Source: Ruminococcus sp. CAG:403 (GTDB lineage: Bacteria > Bacillota > Clostridia > Oscillospirales > Ruminococcaceae). Taken from it: DNA of 45,052 nt. The DNA lies in the NCBI GenBank assembly GCA_000437255.1, contig FR899104.1, forward strand, positions 208,096 to 253,147. Reading direction: 5' to 3'. Positions 44,809 through 45,052 of the stretch are shown here, in pieces. Under the pieces are notes generated by a model. That model had not been told where the DNA came from, searched no databases, and saw only the letters and a list, made by a program, of their open reading frames with translations. Position numbers and translations under genes: made by a program. Each line of letters begins with the position of its first letter. Position 1 is the stretch's first letter.

Positions 44809-45052
44809 ATGGATGGATTTGGATACAGCGGCTTGAATTTGGTGTGGATTTTTCTCGTTGTGCTTGTAGTTTTTCTGATTGCATATGGCATTCGGACGGC
44901 AAATACTTTGACCAAACTAAAAAATAAGGTAATCGAGTTGGATGCTGATATTGATGTTGCATTGACCAATCGCTATGATTTGCTGAAAAAGCAGTATCAA
45001 ATTGTTAAGCTATACACTTCCTATGAAAGCAAGACACTCATGGAAGTGATTC
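44809..45052 (+). CDS. lemA: LemA-family protein (3' partial)
   Basis: Not in the ORF track because it runs off the window edge. AGGAGG SD, then MDGFGYSGLNLVWIFLVVLVVFLIAYGIRTANTLTKLKNKVIELDADIDVALTNRYDLL...YESKTL, matching the LemA N.L...N.V.....IDV.L..R.DL....V..Y..(H/Y)E..TL pattern. Confidence 0.82.
   Translation, partial: MDGFGYSGLNLVWIFLVVLVVFLIAYGIRTANTLTKLKNKVIELDADIDVALTNRYDLLKKQYQIVKLYTSYESKTLMEVI

Overview
A core-chromosome region from a cellulosome-producing, spore-forming Firmicute. The dockerin style, spoIIP and gene content point to a Ruminococcus-like member of Oscillospiraceae; this taxonomy is inferred. In order: the tail of an ABC-permease-like gene; an XRE regulator; an ATP-type phosphofructokinase; a moxR/DUF58/transglutaminase/hdeD-like operon; soluble pyrophosphatase and prs; an Ala T-box leading into alaS-hinT-PRTase-comEC-holA-rnmV-MBOAT-DHHW-like-PHP; an FNT channel; a GNAT; tRNA-Arg(CCG); a permuted NlpC/P60 protein; spoIIP and a polysaccharide deacetylase; a GH9-dockerin cellulase with a very long Thr-repeat linker; an Ig-like(Big_2)x4-dockerin protein; a PPi-type PFK; a MacAB-like ABC system with two adaptor proteins; a DUF4430 lipoprotein plus CbrT-like S-component divergent from a split B12-dependent methionine synthase; and a DUF3137-like gene with a partial lemA. 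I found no mobile element, prophage or CRISPR array. The best novelty candidates are (i) an intact MBOAT plus AlgJ/DHHW-like O-acylation pair in which both partners lack their canonical catalytic residues, (ii) a two-adaptor MacAB-type system with an extra domain inserted at one adaptor's hairpin tip, and (iii) a riboswitch-free B12 capture module back-to-back with metH. All family calls come from reading motifs by eye; no database searches were run.
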